Of a DNA stretch of 64,000 nt, positions 11,152 to 20,900 are shown piece after piece (the first letter of the stretch is position 1; each line of letters opens with the position of its first letter). Position numbers and translations under genes: made by a program. This DNA is from Candidatus Dormiibacterota bacterium (GTDB taxonomy: Bacteria > Chloroflexota > Dormibacteria > Aeolococcales > Aeolococcaceae), in contig CAVWMH010000006.1 of NCBI GenBank assembly GCA_963756075.1, forward strand, positions 51,845 to 115,844, written 5' to 3'. The notes under the pieces were generated by a model. The model saw nothing but the letters and a program-made list of their open reading frames with translations, did not search any database and had not been told where the DNA came from.

Positions 11152-12147
11152 TCGGCGAGACGGTCGCTCCACCACCCGAACTCGGCGTCGTCCTCGGCCT
11201 TGTCCCAGCACAGCTGGAGGAAGGCTCCCGACAACGCCGCTGCCAGCTGCGCGTCCCACCAGGACCCGGTCTCGATGCCGGCTGAACTCGAGCGCGGCTC
11301 TGTACGCGCCGATCGCTTCCTCCTTGGTCTCGGGAAGACGGTCGCAGTTCACCGCGAGGTACCAGGCGAGATCGAGCAGGGCCGACCCTGCACCGGTCCG
11401 ATCCCAGTCGAGCAGGATGGTTCGCGAGCCATCGCGGCCGAGATTCCCGAGCTTCCAATCGCCATGGACAAGCGTCTGCGGTCCGGCGCGAAGCGCCGCG
11501 ACCAGCGGCCACGGATCCTCCATCAGCTCACGAAGCCGTCTCGCGTCACGTGGATGGCGATCGTCGATCCGGTGCCAACCCGCAGCCACGGCGAGGGGCA
11601 CCGGGTCCGCATGAGCGTTTGCGGCCTCCAGCGCAGCCATCGTGGGAGTGAGGAAGACGTAGTGATGGGCAAAAGGAAAGAGGTCCGCGTGGTCTCGGAA
11701 TCCCCAGTAGGCGGCGTGAAATGCCGCCATGTGCGCCATGAATTGGCGGTGCACATCGAGCGCGATCGGCTCGCTCCCCGAGGGAATCAGTGCTGCCGAC
11801 ACATCGCGCAGCAGGAGCGCAAGCCCCTGATGCCCGTTGCTTGTGGCGAGGGGAGCACATCCCACGATCGCGTGATCGATGCACGCGGGGAGCGCCGTGA
11901 GCACGCCGGACGAGAGCAAGGTCAGCTGACGCCGTCCGAGATCGCCTGTGGCGCGCATGATCCAGTCATCGTCGACGGAGATGTACTTCACGACCATCGG
12001 CGTCCCGTTGACGACGACCCGTTCGAAACGGCTCCCGGACAGCCCATCGGCTGTGCTCCAGGGTTCGCGATGCTCGTAGCCCTGGAGCAACCGGTCGAGC
12101 GAGTCCGCAACCGGAATGGGGCTATGTGCCGGCGAGAGCGTGGTCAC
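11139..12147 (-). CDS. Aminoglycoside/choline-kinase-like phosphotransferase, frameshifted near 11285
   Basis: VVKY, HGDWKLGN (Brenner motif), LLDW, DLAWYL; after a 1-nt shift it reads GIETGSWWDAQL...WLP* ending at 11139; GTG overlaps the upstream stop. Confidence 0.8.
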
Positions 12148-12527
12148 AAGAGCGCGGCCTCGGCCATCTCCGCCTGGAGGGCCGCGCCCCACCTGCCGCC
12201 GCACCACGCGCGATCGTGCGTGATGAATCCGTCGCGGACCCGGATGTGGTGCGCCTGGTGGGCCATGTGTGGCTCCCCGTCCTCCTCCCATGTGAGCACG
12301 AACTCGAGGAGCTCTCCGTCGGGCAGGGCGGTCCGCTGAATCTCCTCGAAGCGCCCCGCGTCGGCATACCAGCGGCCGAGCTCGGCCTCGATGTTGGCGG
12401 CGCCGTTCACGACAAACCGCCAGTGGGGGACTGTCGCATCGAGAACGGCGTCGTCTGCGAACACACCTGCTCCAATGACGGACGCGGTCTCGATCGCCCG
12501 GGTGAACCTGTCGATGGGGTCGGTCAT
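12144..12527 (-). CDS. SnoaL/NTF2-like protein
   Basis: FADDAVLDATVP.W, VRDGFI.HD..WCGGRW; RBS AGGAG. Confidence 0.75.
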   Translation of the reverse strand: MTDPIDRFTRAIETASVIGAGVFADDAVLDATVPHWRFVVNGAANIEAELGRWYADAGRFEEIQRTALPDGELLEFVLTWEEDGEPHMAHQAHHIRVRDGFITHDRAWCGGRWGAALQAEMAEAALL

Positions 12528-12560
12528 GGTGATGCTCCTGGTGTTATACGACGTACCCGC

Positions 12561-12592
12561 ATCGTGTATCCGGTTGATTGCAGTCCGATTGC
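12561..12592 (-). promoter_or_regulatory. SARP-type direct repeats plus -10 box upstream of the SnoaL operon
   Basis: GCAATC twice on the minus strand (12592-12587 and 12581-12576, 11-bp phase), then CACGAT (12566-12561). Confidence 0.6.
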
Positions 12593-12806
12593 GGCTGCCG
12601 AGCGGCACCGGTCATCGACGCCGCACGATGGCGCAGTGACGTCTGAACCGCCGGTCTTCGGCGCCGTCGGCCTCGGGCTGACTGGTCTGCCGATACCACG
12701 CAACGTCGGGGCGGGGGCGATTGCCCGCGAGTGGTTCGCGCGGACCTCCTGAGGTGAGCGGGTGCCGCTGTGACCTGGCGCCAAATGTACGATTGATGAA
12801 CCTCTC

Positions 12807-13769
12807 GTGACTGTCGTTCTCGCCCCTGTAGATGCCGTCGACGTGACGCTCGTGATGGATCTGTCGCTCGACATCCTCATGTCGGGGCAGGACGGTGTTC
12901 AGCGATTCAAGCTGGCATACGACTGGTCGGATCACGACTCGCTGCTGGCGGAACATGGATTCTCAGCGCTGGTAACCGTGACGGTGAACGGCACTCGTCA
13001 AGCGGTCCTCTACGACGGTGGCCTCTCGCCGATGGCGCTCCAGCACAACCTGGATGTCATGCAGGTCAACGTGACCACCCTGCGCGCCATCACCATCTCA
13101 CACGGACATGTCGATCATCACGGCGGCCTGGAGGAACTCTTCCGCCGGCACGGCGCACTGCGGCTGCCACTCATCATCCATCCGGACGCCTGGAGGGACC
13201 GCAAGGTCGTCATGCCAACGGGCGCGGAGTTGCACCTGCCGCCACCCGACCACAACGACCTGGAGCGCGAGGGGCTCACCGTTATCGAGGAACGCGGCCC
13301 GACGCTGCTCATCGACGGCACGGTCCTGGTCTCGGGCCAGGTGGCCCGTGTGACCTCCTATGACAAGGGGTTTCCGACCCAGATGGCGCGGTCCGGCACT
13401 GGCGGGGAATGGGAACCCGATCCTTGGGTATGGGACGATCAGAACGTGGTCGTGAATGTGCGTGACCGGGGACTCGTCATCGTCTCCGGGTGCTCGCACT
13501 CGGGGGTCGTCAACGTCGTTCGCAACGCGCAGTCGCTGACCGGAATCACGCGGGTTGCCGGGCTGATCGGTGGCTTCCATCTCACCGGCGGACTGTTCGA
13601 GCCGCTCATCCCGCAGACGGTCAACGACATCGCCGCGCTTGGGATCGAGCGAATCGTGCCGGCGCACTGCACCGGGTGGCGTGCGATGCACGCACTGGCG
13701 AAGGCGCTACCGGACGCGTTCGTCCAACCGTCGGTGGGGACCGTCTTCGAGTTTCGTGCCCCGGCCTGA
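12807..13769 (+). CDS. MBL-fold metallo-hydrolase
   Basis: AEHGFS, SHGHVDHHGG, GCSHSG, GGFHL, PAHCTG. Confidence 0.9.
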   Translation: MTVVLAPVDAVDVTLVMDLSLDILMSGQDGVQRFKLAYDWSDHDSLLAEHGFSALVTVTVNGTRQAVLYDGGLSPMALQHNLDVMQVNVTTLRAITISHGHVDHHGGLEELFRRHGALRLPLIIHPDAWRDRKVVMPTGAELHLPPPDHNDLEREGLTVIEERGPTLLIDGTVLVSGQVARVTSYDKGFPTQMARSGTGGEWEPDPWVWDDQNVVVNVRDRGLVIVSGCSHSGVVNVVRNAQSLTGITRVAGLIGGFHLTGGLFEPLIPQTVNDIAALGIERIVPAHCTGWRAMHALAKALPDAFVQPSVGTVFEFRAPA

Positions 13770-13807
13770 TGTGGACCCGAACCGGGACGGTGGCCGAGAA
13801 TGAACGT

Positions 13808-14155
13808 GTGAGCTTTGATGAGGAACTGGCGGCTCGCATCCGCGAGCTCGTCGGCCGTGAGACCGGGCTGACCGAAAAGAAGATGTTCGGCGGCGTGGCC
13901 TTTCTGATCGGCGGCAACATGGCAATCAGCGCCAGCGGACAGGGCGGCGTTCTGGTGCGGGTCGACCCTGCAAAGAGCGCCGCGCTCGCCGGACGGCCGC
14001 ACGCGCAGGTTGCCGTGATGCGCGGACGGGAGATGCCAGGATGGTTGCGCGTGGAGCCCGACGGGGTTCGGAGCAAAGCGCAGCTGCAACGGTGGGTCCA
14101 GGAGGGAGTGGGATACGCGCGATCGCTTCCGGAGAAGGCGCCCGACTCTCGATGA
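13808..14155 (+). CDS. TfoX/Sxy N-terminal domain protein
   Basis: EKKMFGGVAFLIGGNM, MRGREMPGWLRV. Confidence 0.85.
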   Translation: MSFDEELAARIRELVGRETGLTEKKMFGGVAFLIGGNMAISASGQGGVLVRVDPAKSAALAGRPHAQVAVMRGREMPGWLRVEPDGVRSKAQLQRWVQEGVGYARSLPEKAPDSR

Positions 14156-14574
14156 CCCGTGCAGTCGAGGAGTTGAATCGGCGACTGCTGCGCGCGCGCG
14201 ACGCCATGGATCTCACCTATGGCAAGCCGCTCGATATTCCCACGCTCGCGCGCATCGCATACGTTTCCGAGGCCCACTTCATTCGAGCGTTTCGCGGGGC
14301 ATTCGGGGAGACGCCTCACCGCTATCTGCAACGCAGGCGCGTCGAGCGAGCGCTCTTCCTGCTGCGCTGCACCGACCGAAGCATCACCGATATTTGCTTC
14401 GACGTCGGCTTCGGGAGCCTGGGCACCTTCAGCAAGACGTTTCACCTGATCGTCGGCGAATCGCCGACGGCGTACCGGAACCGGGGGGAGGTCATCTCCG
14501 TACCAACGTGCTTCGCCATGGCGTGGACGAGACCGAGCAGTTTTGGAGAAGACGGCCACCGGTCCAACCTTTAG
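14152..14574 (+). CDS. AraC family regulator (HTH-only)
   Basis: RARDAMD, HFIRAF..AFGETPHRYL.RRRVERA, VGFGSLGTFS; ATGA overlap. Confidence 0.9.
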   Translation: MTRAVEELNRRLLRARDAMDLTYGKPLDIPTLARIAYVSEAHFIRAFRGAFGETPHRYLQRRRVERALFLLRCTDRSITDICFDVGFGSLGTFSKTFHLIVGESPTAYRNRGEVISVPTCFAMAWTRPSSFGEDGHRSNL

Positions 14575-14616
14575 CGTTGGGGCACGTCAACCACCCAAGA
14601 CAAGGGGATCAACGAC

Positions 14617-15042
14617 ATGCTCAACAGCCTCCGAATCTCGCAGATCTACGTGCTCGATCAGGACCAGGCCGTCGACTTCTACGTCGGCAAACTCGGCCTG
14701 GAAATCAACACAGATCAGGATCTCGGTTTCATGCGCTTCCTGACTGTCAGCATCCCGGGTGATCCCGATCGCCAGATCATGCTGGAGAAGCCCGGGCCGC
14801 CCGCGATGGACCCGGCGACAGCCGACGAGGTCCGCTTGCTCCTGACCAAGGGCCGAACCGGCGGGCACCTCTTCTTTACGACGGATGACGCTCACAAGGC
14901 ATACGACGAGCTTCGTGCCAAGGGCGTCGAGTTCACCCAGGAGCCGACGGAACAGCCCTACGGCATCGATTTCGGCCTCCGCGATCCGTTCGGCAACCAC
15001 ATCCGCGTCGCCCAGCTGGCTCCGGTGCTCAGCGCAAGCTGA
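14617..15042 (+). CDS. VOC (glyoxalase/bleomycin resistance) family protein
   Basis: VLDQDQAVDFY..KLG, GVEFTQEP, YGIDFGLRDPFGN. Confidence 0.92.
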   Translation: MLNSLRISQIYVLDQDQAVDFYVGKLGLEINTDQDLGFMRFLTVSIPGDPDRQIMLEKPGPPAMDPATADEVRLLLTKGRTGGHLFFTTDDAHKAYDELRAKGVEFTQEPTEQPYGIDFGLRDPFGNHIRVAQLAPVLSAS

Positions 15043-15118
15043 CCGTGCGGCTCCCGGAGCGGTCCGTCTAGGCTGAGGGCTCACGCGCCAGCAGGACGGA
15101 CCACTCCGGGGAAGCACC

Positions 15119-15505
15119 ATGACCACGGCACCTCTCGACCAACCCATCCGTGACGAACTCAGTCGCGGCGGCGTCATCGACATCACCACGACCGGTCGCA
15201 AGACGGGCAACCCCCACCGTATCGAGATCGTCTTCCACAACGTCGGCGGCCGGCTGTATGTCAGCGGCATGCCGGGATTCAAGCGAAGCTACATCGCCAA
15301 TCTCACGGCCAATCCGCACTTCACCTTTCACCTCAAGCGCGGTGTGCATGCCGACCTCGCCGCCACCGCTCGGGTGATCACCGACGAAGCAGAGCGCCGC
15401 GAAGTGATGCCACACATCGCGCGAATCTGGAAGCGTGACGACATCGACAACATGGTCGCGACGAGTCCGCTGTTCGAGGTGACCATCGACGGCGTCGCCG
15501 CCTGA
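15119..15505 (+). CDS. Deazaflavin(F420)-dependent nitroreductase-like split-barrel protein
   Basis: ITTTGRKTG.P.RIEI, YIANL.ANP. Confidence 0.75.
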   Translation: MTTAPLDQPIRDELSRGGVIDITTTGRKTGNPHRIEIVFHNVGGRLYVSGMPGFKRSYIANLTANPHFTFHLKRGVHADLAATARVITDEAERREVMPHIARIWKRDDIDNMVATSPLFEVTIDGVAA

Positions 15506-15507
15506 CC

Positions 15508-16068
15508 GTGGCGCGGCTCATCTACGCGACGATCGCCTCCATCGACGGCTACGTGGCGGACGCGGATGGAAACTTCGACTGGGCGGCGCCGGACGAAGAG
15601 GTGCACCGGTTCGTCAACGACCTGGAACGGCCCATCGGCACCTACCTCTACGGTCGGCGGATGTACGAGGTGATGGTGTACTGGGAGAGCGCCGACCTTC
15701 TGGCTGATCAATCCGCCGTCGTGCGGGAATTCGCGGCACTCTGGCAGGCGGCCGAAAAGATCGTGTACTCGAAGACCCTTGCGGTGGTCTCCAGCGCCAG
15801 GACCACTATCGAAGGAGACTTCGACGCCGAAGCGGTGCGGCGCCTGAAAGCCGGCGCACACCACGACATCAGCGTGGGTGGGCCGCACCTCGCCGCTCAG
15901 GCGATCGCCGCGGGCCTCGTCGACGAGTACCACCTGATCATCGCGCCGGTCATCGTCGGGGGCGGCATCCGCTCCCTCCCCAGCGGCGTCCTGGTGGGAC
16001 TCGAGTTAGTCGACGAACGCCGGTTCGCCAGCGGGATGGTCCATCTCCACTATCGCGCCACCTCCTGA
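15508..16068 (+). CDS. Dihydrofolate reductase-like (RibD C-terminal) protein
   Basis: SIDGYVAD, LYGRRMYE, KIVYS.TL, VGGP.LA, LVDEY, PVIVGGG. Confidence 0.9.
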   Translation: MARLIYATIASIDGYVADADGNFDWAAPDEEVHRFVNDLERPIGTYLYGRRMYEVMVYWESADLLADQSAVVREFAALWQAAEKIVYSKTLAVVSSARTTIEGDFDAEAVRRLKAGAHHDISVGGPHLAAQAIAAGLVDEYHLIIAPVIVGGGIRSLPSGVLVGLELVDERRFASGMVHLHYRATS

Positions 16069-16109
16069 GCGAAGCCGCCGCCTCCCGCCGAGCGGCCCTG
16101 GGGCAGACG

Positions 16110-16277
16110 TCATTGACCGGTGGCCACGGACCGGTGTCCCGTGTGTGCCGCGGCAAACTCCCACACAGGCGCCGGCAGCTGTTCCGGTGTCTCGGCAACG
16201 ATCCATGCGTCGCGGACAGTGACCTCGACGGCATCGACCCCTTCGACCGTCAGGCTGCGCGACTCTTCAGTGCTCAT
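16110..16277 (-). CDS. Small hypothetical protein (55 aa), not in the ORF track
   Basis: ATG..TGA ORF MSTEESRSLTVEGVDAVEVTVRDAWIVAETPEQLPAPVWEFAAAHTGHRSVATGQ filling the gap; no clear RBS. Confidence 0.4.
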   Translation of the reverse strand: MSTEESRSLTVEGVDAVEVTVRDAWIVAETPEQLPAPVWEFAAAHTGHRSVATGQ

Positions 16278-16293
16278 CGGTTGACGGTGTGAT

Positions 16294-16423
16294 CGGGTGG
16301 GGAGGGGATGGACGGAGCCGGGTCATCTCGGAGCCGAGGCTACCCCCCTCGGCGAGAGTGAGGGGCGGGACGGCGAAGGCGTCCCGACCCCGTGCCCGGC
16401 GCAGTCCATCCCCTCCCCACCCG
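16294..16423. other. Highly structured 130-nt element (20-bp terminal inverted repeat enclosing two hairpins); candidate ncRNA or MITE/REP-like element
   Basis: CGGGTGGGGAGGGGATGGAC (16294-16313) is the exact reverse complement of 16404-16423; inner stems GCCGAGG/CCTCGGC and CGGGACG/CGTCCCG. Confidence 0.6.
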
Positions 16424-16457
16424 CCACCACGCGTGGAGCCTCGAGAAGGGAAGACAA

Positions 16458-16742
16458 TCAGTCGCCGCATCCGCCCGACACGGCCGGCGCGACGAAGACC
16501 TCGGCCCCGTCAACCAGCGGCGTGTCCATGGGAGATCCGGTGCGCACGCTCACCCCGTCAACGAACATGAGGACGTGGGGTCGGAGCCGGCCTTGCTCGT
16601 CGCGCAGCCGGCGCTCGAGCTGGGGCAGCCGGCTGCAGAGGTCATCGAGGGCGGCGCCCAGGGTGCCGCTGGGGATCTCGATCTCGGACTGGTCGTCGGC
16701 GTAACGCCGGAGCGCGGCGGGCAGGAGCAGCCGCGAGGTCAC
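16458..16742 (-). CDS. MoaD/ThiS-family ubiquitin-like protein
   Basis: LPAALR, LRDEQGRLRPHV..FVDG, PAVSGG followed by CGD; GTG overlaps the upstream stop. Confidence 0.88.
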   Translation of the reverse strand: MTSRLLLPAALRRYADDQSEIEIPSGTLGAALDDLCSRLPQLERRLRDEQGRLRPHVLMFVDGVSVRTGSPMDTPLVDGAEVFVAPAVSGGCGD

Positions 16743-17836
16743 GCGACCTCGGCAACCCGGAGGGAGAGAACGTCTGGAATGTGGCTGGCGATCAGCGACC
16801 AGTTCTCGCCCTCCTCCCGGCTGGCGTAGACCTCTCCAAGCCTGGTGCCGAAGTACACGCCCACCGGGTCTGCGGAATCGGCGACCATCGCGTCGCGAAG
16901 GACGGCGGCGTAGTACGGGTCCTTGGGCAGGCCTTCCGACAGCGGCTCCCAACTGTCGCCCGCGTTTTCGGTTCGGTAGGCGCGCAGCTTCCCCTCCGGT
17001 GGAAACCGCTCGCCGTCAGCTTTGAGCGGAAACGAGTAGAGGGTGTCCGGCCGGTGCGGGTGCGCGACGAGGGCGAATCCGAAATTGCTCGGCAGCCCCG
17101 ACTCGATGGCAGTCCACGAGCCGCCGCGGTCGTCGCTGCGGTAGACGCCGAAGTGGTTCTGGGCGAAGAGGCGGTCGGGGCGATCCGGGTGGAGCGCTAC
17201 TTTGTGGACGCACTGGCCGAATTCAGGAAAGCGCTGATCCTCGGGGAGGAATGCCGCCTGGATACCGCGGTTCGCCGGCTCCCAGCTCGCGCCCCCATCT
17301 CGCGTTCGGTAGACGCCGGCGGCGGACATCACGACCAGCACATCGTTGGGGTCGGTCGGGTGGGGCAGGACCGTGTGGAGGCAGGCGCCGCCACCGCCGG
17401 GCATCCAGCTCGGACGGTGCGGATGCCGCCAGAGGCCCTCGACGAGCGCGAAGCTCTCACCGCGGTCATCGGATCTGAACAGGGCGTGCGGCTCGACCCC
17501 GGCGTACACGACGTCCGGCTGATCGGCAGGCGCCGGCTGGATCTGCCAGACGCGGGCGACCGTCGCGTCGCTCCCTTGAGGAAAGCCGATCGGCGGCTCC
17601 GCCGGCTCAGTCCAGGACTTGCCGAGGTCGTCGGAGTAGGTCAGCAGCGGACCCCAGTGCCCGGTACCGACGCCGGCGAAGATCCGTGGCGGGTCGTGGC
17701 GCGTGTCGATGGCGACGCCATAGACCTCCTGGTTGAGGAACTGGAAGTCTTCGGTCGCCCAGGTGCGGCGATCATCGGTGCTCCGCGCGATCATCAACCC
17801 CTTGCGAGTACCGATCAGCAGGATCGTGAGTCCCAT
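16739..17836 (-). CDS. BNR/Asp-box repeat beta-propeller protein (sialidase-like fold)
   Basis: GTRKGL and repeated S.D.G.(S/T)W Asp-boxes; no signal peptide. Confidence 0.88.
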   Translation of the reverse strand: MGLTILLIGTRKGLMIARSTDDRRTWATEDFQFLNQEVYGVAIDTRHDPPRIFAGVGTGHWGPLLTYSDDLGKSWTEPAEPPIGFPQGSDATVARVWQIQPAPADQPDVVYAGVEPHALFRSDDRGESFALVEGLWRHPHRPSWMPGGGGACLHTVLPHPTDPNDVLVVMSAAGVYRTRDGGASWEPANRGIQAAFLPEDQRFPEFGQCVHKVALHPDRPDRLFAQNHFGVYRSDDRGGSWTAIESGLPSNFGFALVAHPHRPDTLYSFPLKADGERFPPEGKLRAYRTENAGDSWEPLSEGLPKDPYYAAVLRDAMVADSADPVGVYFGTRLGEVYASREEGENWSLIASHIPDVLSLRVAEVA

Positions 17837-17949
17837 CGAAGCCCCTCAAACGAGTTGCCGGATCGCGGGGCAGTCTATACCCCTGAACAAAAAGGCCGCA
17901 GATCAGAGACCCTGGTCTGCTCGGGCAGTACTGGGGCGCCTCGTCACGA

Positions 17950-20900
17950 TCAGCGAGGATTGATCGACGCCGCCTTGCCGGGGAAAGGAGCGGGTTCCAC
18001 CCCGAGATCGTCCATGGCGCGGCGGTAGTTCAGGTAGTGCCGGTGAGCCTCGCCGTGCCGCCCGGAATCAGCCAGCCCGTGCACGAGAGCGAGATGCGCC
18101 TGCTCGTCGTAGCGGTCCGTCTCGAGGATGCGAAGCAGGTGGGTCACCGCCGCGTCGGGATCGGCGGAGTGCCGGGCGAGCAGCCGCAACGCCGCCACGT
18201 ATCCGGCGCGTGCCTCCTCACGGAGGGCGACCGCCCAGTCGTCGTACGGATTCTCCTCGAGGAAATCACCCGTGTAGAGGACGGTCGCGGTGCTGAGGAT
18301 CGGCAGTCCGCGCGCCGTATCCCCGCGGCGCAGACAGTCGAGCCCGTCCGCCGTGGCGGCGAGAAACCGCTCGACGTCGACGTCGACCGCGTCCAGGTTC
18401 AGCGCGACCGCGTCCTTGTCCGCGAGAACGAAGTGCTCGGGCGGCGAATCTGCGTTGCGGGTCGAGCACGCCGCGCACCGTGGTCAGGGCCACTGACAGG
18501 CGATTCGCCACGCGATCGGGGTCCTCGCCCGGCCACAGCGTTTCCATGAGGTACCCGCGCGGCCCGGGACGGCCGCGCCGGGCGATCAGGAGCTTGAGCA
18601 GCTCCCGGGCACGCTTGGACTGCCACTCGGAGACCCGGACCAGCTCACCGTCGCGAAACACCGAGAACCCGCCGAGTGACTGGATCCGCACCGCCACGCG
18701 GTCTCGTGGGCTCAGGAACGTCAGGAGGCCGGCCGCCACGTTGCCGCTCTGATGCGCGCGCACCCCGAGCGCCTCCAGTTGCAGCTCCGCTTTGCGGCGC
18801 AGCGCCGCCGACCCGGCTCCTCTGTCGATTGACGCGAGGACAAGATCCACCTTGGCCTCGCCAAGCGGGTTCCCGACCTCCTCCCAGATGGCACGTGCCT
18901 CGGCGAGGCGTCGAGTGGTGACGCGCGGATCCTCGGCGGTGACTCCCGCGAGCGCCAGTGCATCGGCCAGCCCCGGCCGGTCGTGGCGGCCCCGCGCCAC
19001 AGCCTCGGCCTCCGCGGCACGCTCACGAGCCCGAGGCACGTCGCCGCCGGCGGCGGCAATCCAGCCGGCAGCCAGGAGCGCGATCACGTAGGCCATGCCC
19101 GTGCCGTACGACACCGCGCGATCGGCAAGAGCTCGCGCCCGGTCGGGATCCTCGCCGGCCACGACCATTGCGAGGCAGGCCAGCGCCGGAACCAGCCCTT
19201 GCACATCGCCCGACTGCTCCGCGATCTCGACGGCTTCCTCGAGCATGACGCGCGCCTGGGCGAGGTTGCCGCGTTCGCTGTACACCTCGCCGATCAACGT
19301 CAAGGGGTACGCCACCATGTCCGAGTCGATCTGCAGGTAGCGCAGTCGCGAGGCCTCGAGGTCGGTCAGGGCGTCATCGATTCGGCCCATCCGCAGCTTG
19401 GTCTCACCTCGGTTGCTCAGGCTGAGCGCCAGGAAGCTCGCGAACGACGTGAGCTCCGCGAGACGTACCGCCACGTCGAGCTCCTGGAGTGCCTCGGCGT
19501 ATGAGCCCTCCTCGAGAAAGTGCGAGCCGCGATTGGTCCGGATGCGAACGACCTGGAGCACGTCTGACGCCTCTTCGGCCGCGCGCAACGCAAGCAGGTA
19601 GTGCGCGTCATTGCCACGCCGGTCTCCGTCGAGAGCCGCGAGCATCGCCATGACGGTGTGCGCGGCGGCGAGCGCTCGGTGATCGCCGCACGCGTTCGCG
19701 GCGGCGAGGGCCCGGCTCGCAAGCTCCCGGCAGGGCTCGACGTCGCCGCGAATCCAATGTGCGGTCGACATCCAGGCCAGCAGGAGCGCCATCTCCATCG
19801 GATCCGCCTCGTGATCGTCGATCCCCCGCTCGTAGACGGCAAGCGCCTCCTCGTGCTCACCGCGCAGGTAGTGGATCAGCCCGATCCGCCACGCGAGGTG
19901 GGCGGGGAGCGACTCCCGGCCCGCGGTGGCACGCTGAAAGCACGCCAGCGCTTCGCTCCAGTCGCCCTGGATCTGCTGCGCTTCGCCGTCGAGTTGCTCG
20001 ATCTCGGTGGACCGCATCGCCGGCGGGATGGCTCGGCACGCGCGCAGGACGGTGGCGATCTGGCCGGCCGCGAGCAGTCTCGCGCCCTGCTTCGCGACCA
20101 TCGTGGCCAGCTGTTCCGATGTGCTTGCCGAGAGCAGCACCTGGATCGCGTCAGCGGACTGGCCATTGGCGTCGAGCCAGGTGCCCGCCGCTCACGCGGA
20201 GATCCTGCGCGACCGCCTCGGCAACCGGGAGCGACTCGAGCGCGTAGTCGCGGATCAACGGTCGCAGCGAGAGGGACCCGTCCTGTCCGCGCTCGACGAA
20301 GAGACCCTGGCGCGACAGTTCGACGAGCATGGATCGCGACCCGACCATGCCGATTGCCTCGCACAGCTCAGGCGTGAACCGCTCGAAGAGCGCGAGCTTG
20401 CTGACCAGGTCGCGAACCGCGTCGGGATGGCGCGCGAACACCTCTTCCGCCAGGTATGAGAACAGCGGGGCGCTGGGCTTGTCGAGGCCGGCGAAGACGG
20501 TGCTCCAGGTCTCCTGCGGTGATGACTTGAGCGCCTCGATCGCGAGCGTCACGGCGGCAGGCCACCCGCCCGCGATGCGATGAATCTCCGCCGCGAGTTC
20601 ATCGGCCTTGAGGCCGAGCTGACGCTCGACGAGCTCGCCGACCTCGGGGACGGTGAACGCGAGCTGATTGCCGTCGATCTCGAGCAGCTGTCCCTGTCCG
20701 CGCAGCCGCTCGATCTGAAACGGCGGTTGCCGCCGCCCCGAGATGACCAGATGAAGTCGCGGAGGCGCATGGCGGCACAACGCTTCGACGAGCCGAGCAG
20801 ATGGGCTCGAGGCCGCGAGCTCGTGTGCGTCGTCGATCACCAGGATGAGGTCCGAGGTGAGCTGGGCGTGGAGGATCTCGGCGAGCTGTGCAGCCAGTGC

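Noticed and set aside
10351-12291. Apparent 646-aa kinase-methyltransferase fusion in the ORF track
   Set aside because: A 1-nt shift near 11285 restores a natural kinase C-terminus ending at 11139, and the methyltransferase has its own ATG at 11151. The fusion is probably an indel artefact.
16294-16429. tRNA or SRP RNA identity for the structured element (ends in CCA)
   Set aside because: No TTCRA T-loop, D-loop or anticodon arm, and no SRP CAGG/AGCA motif.
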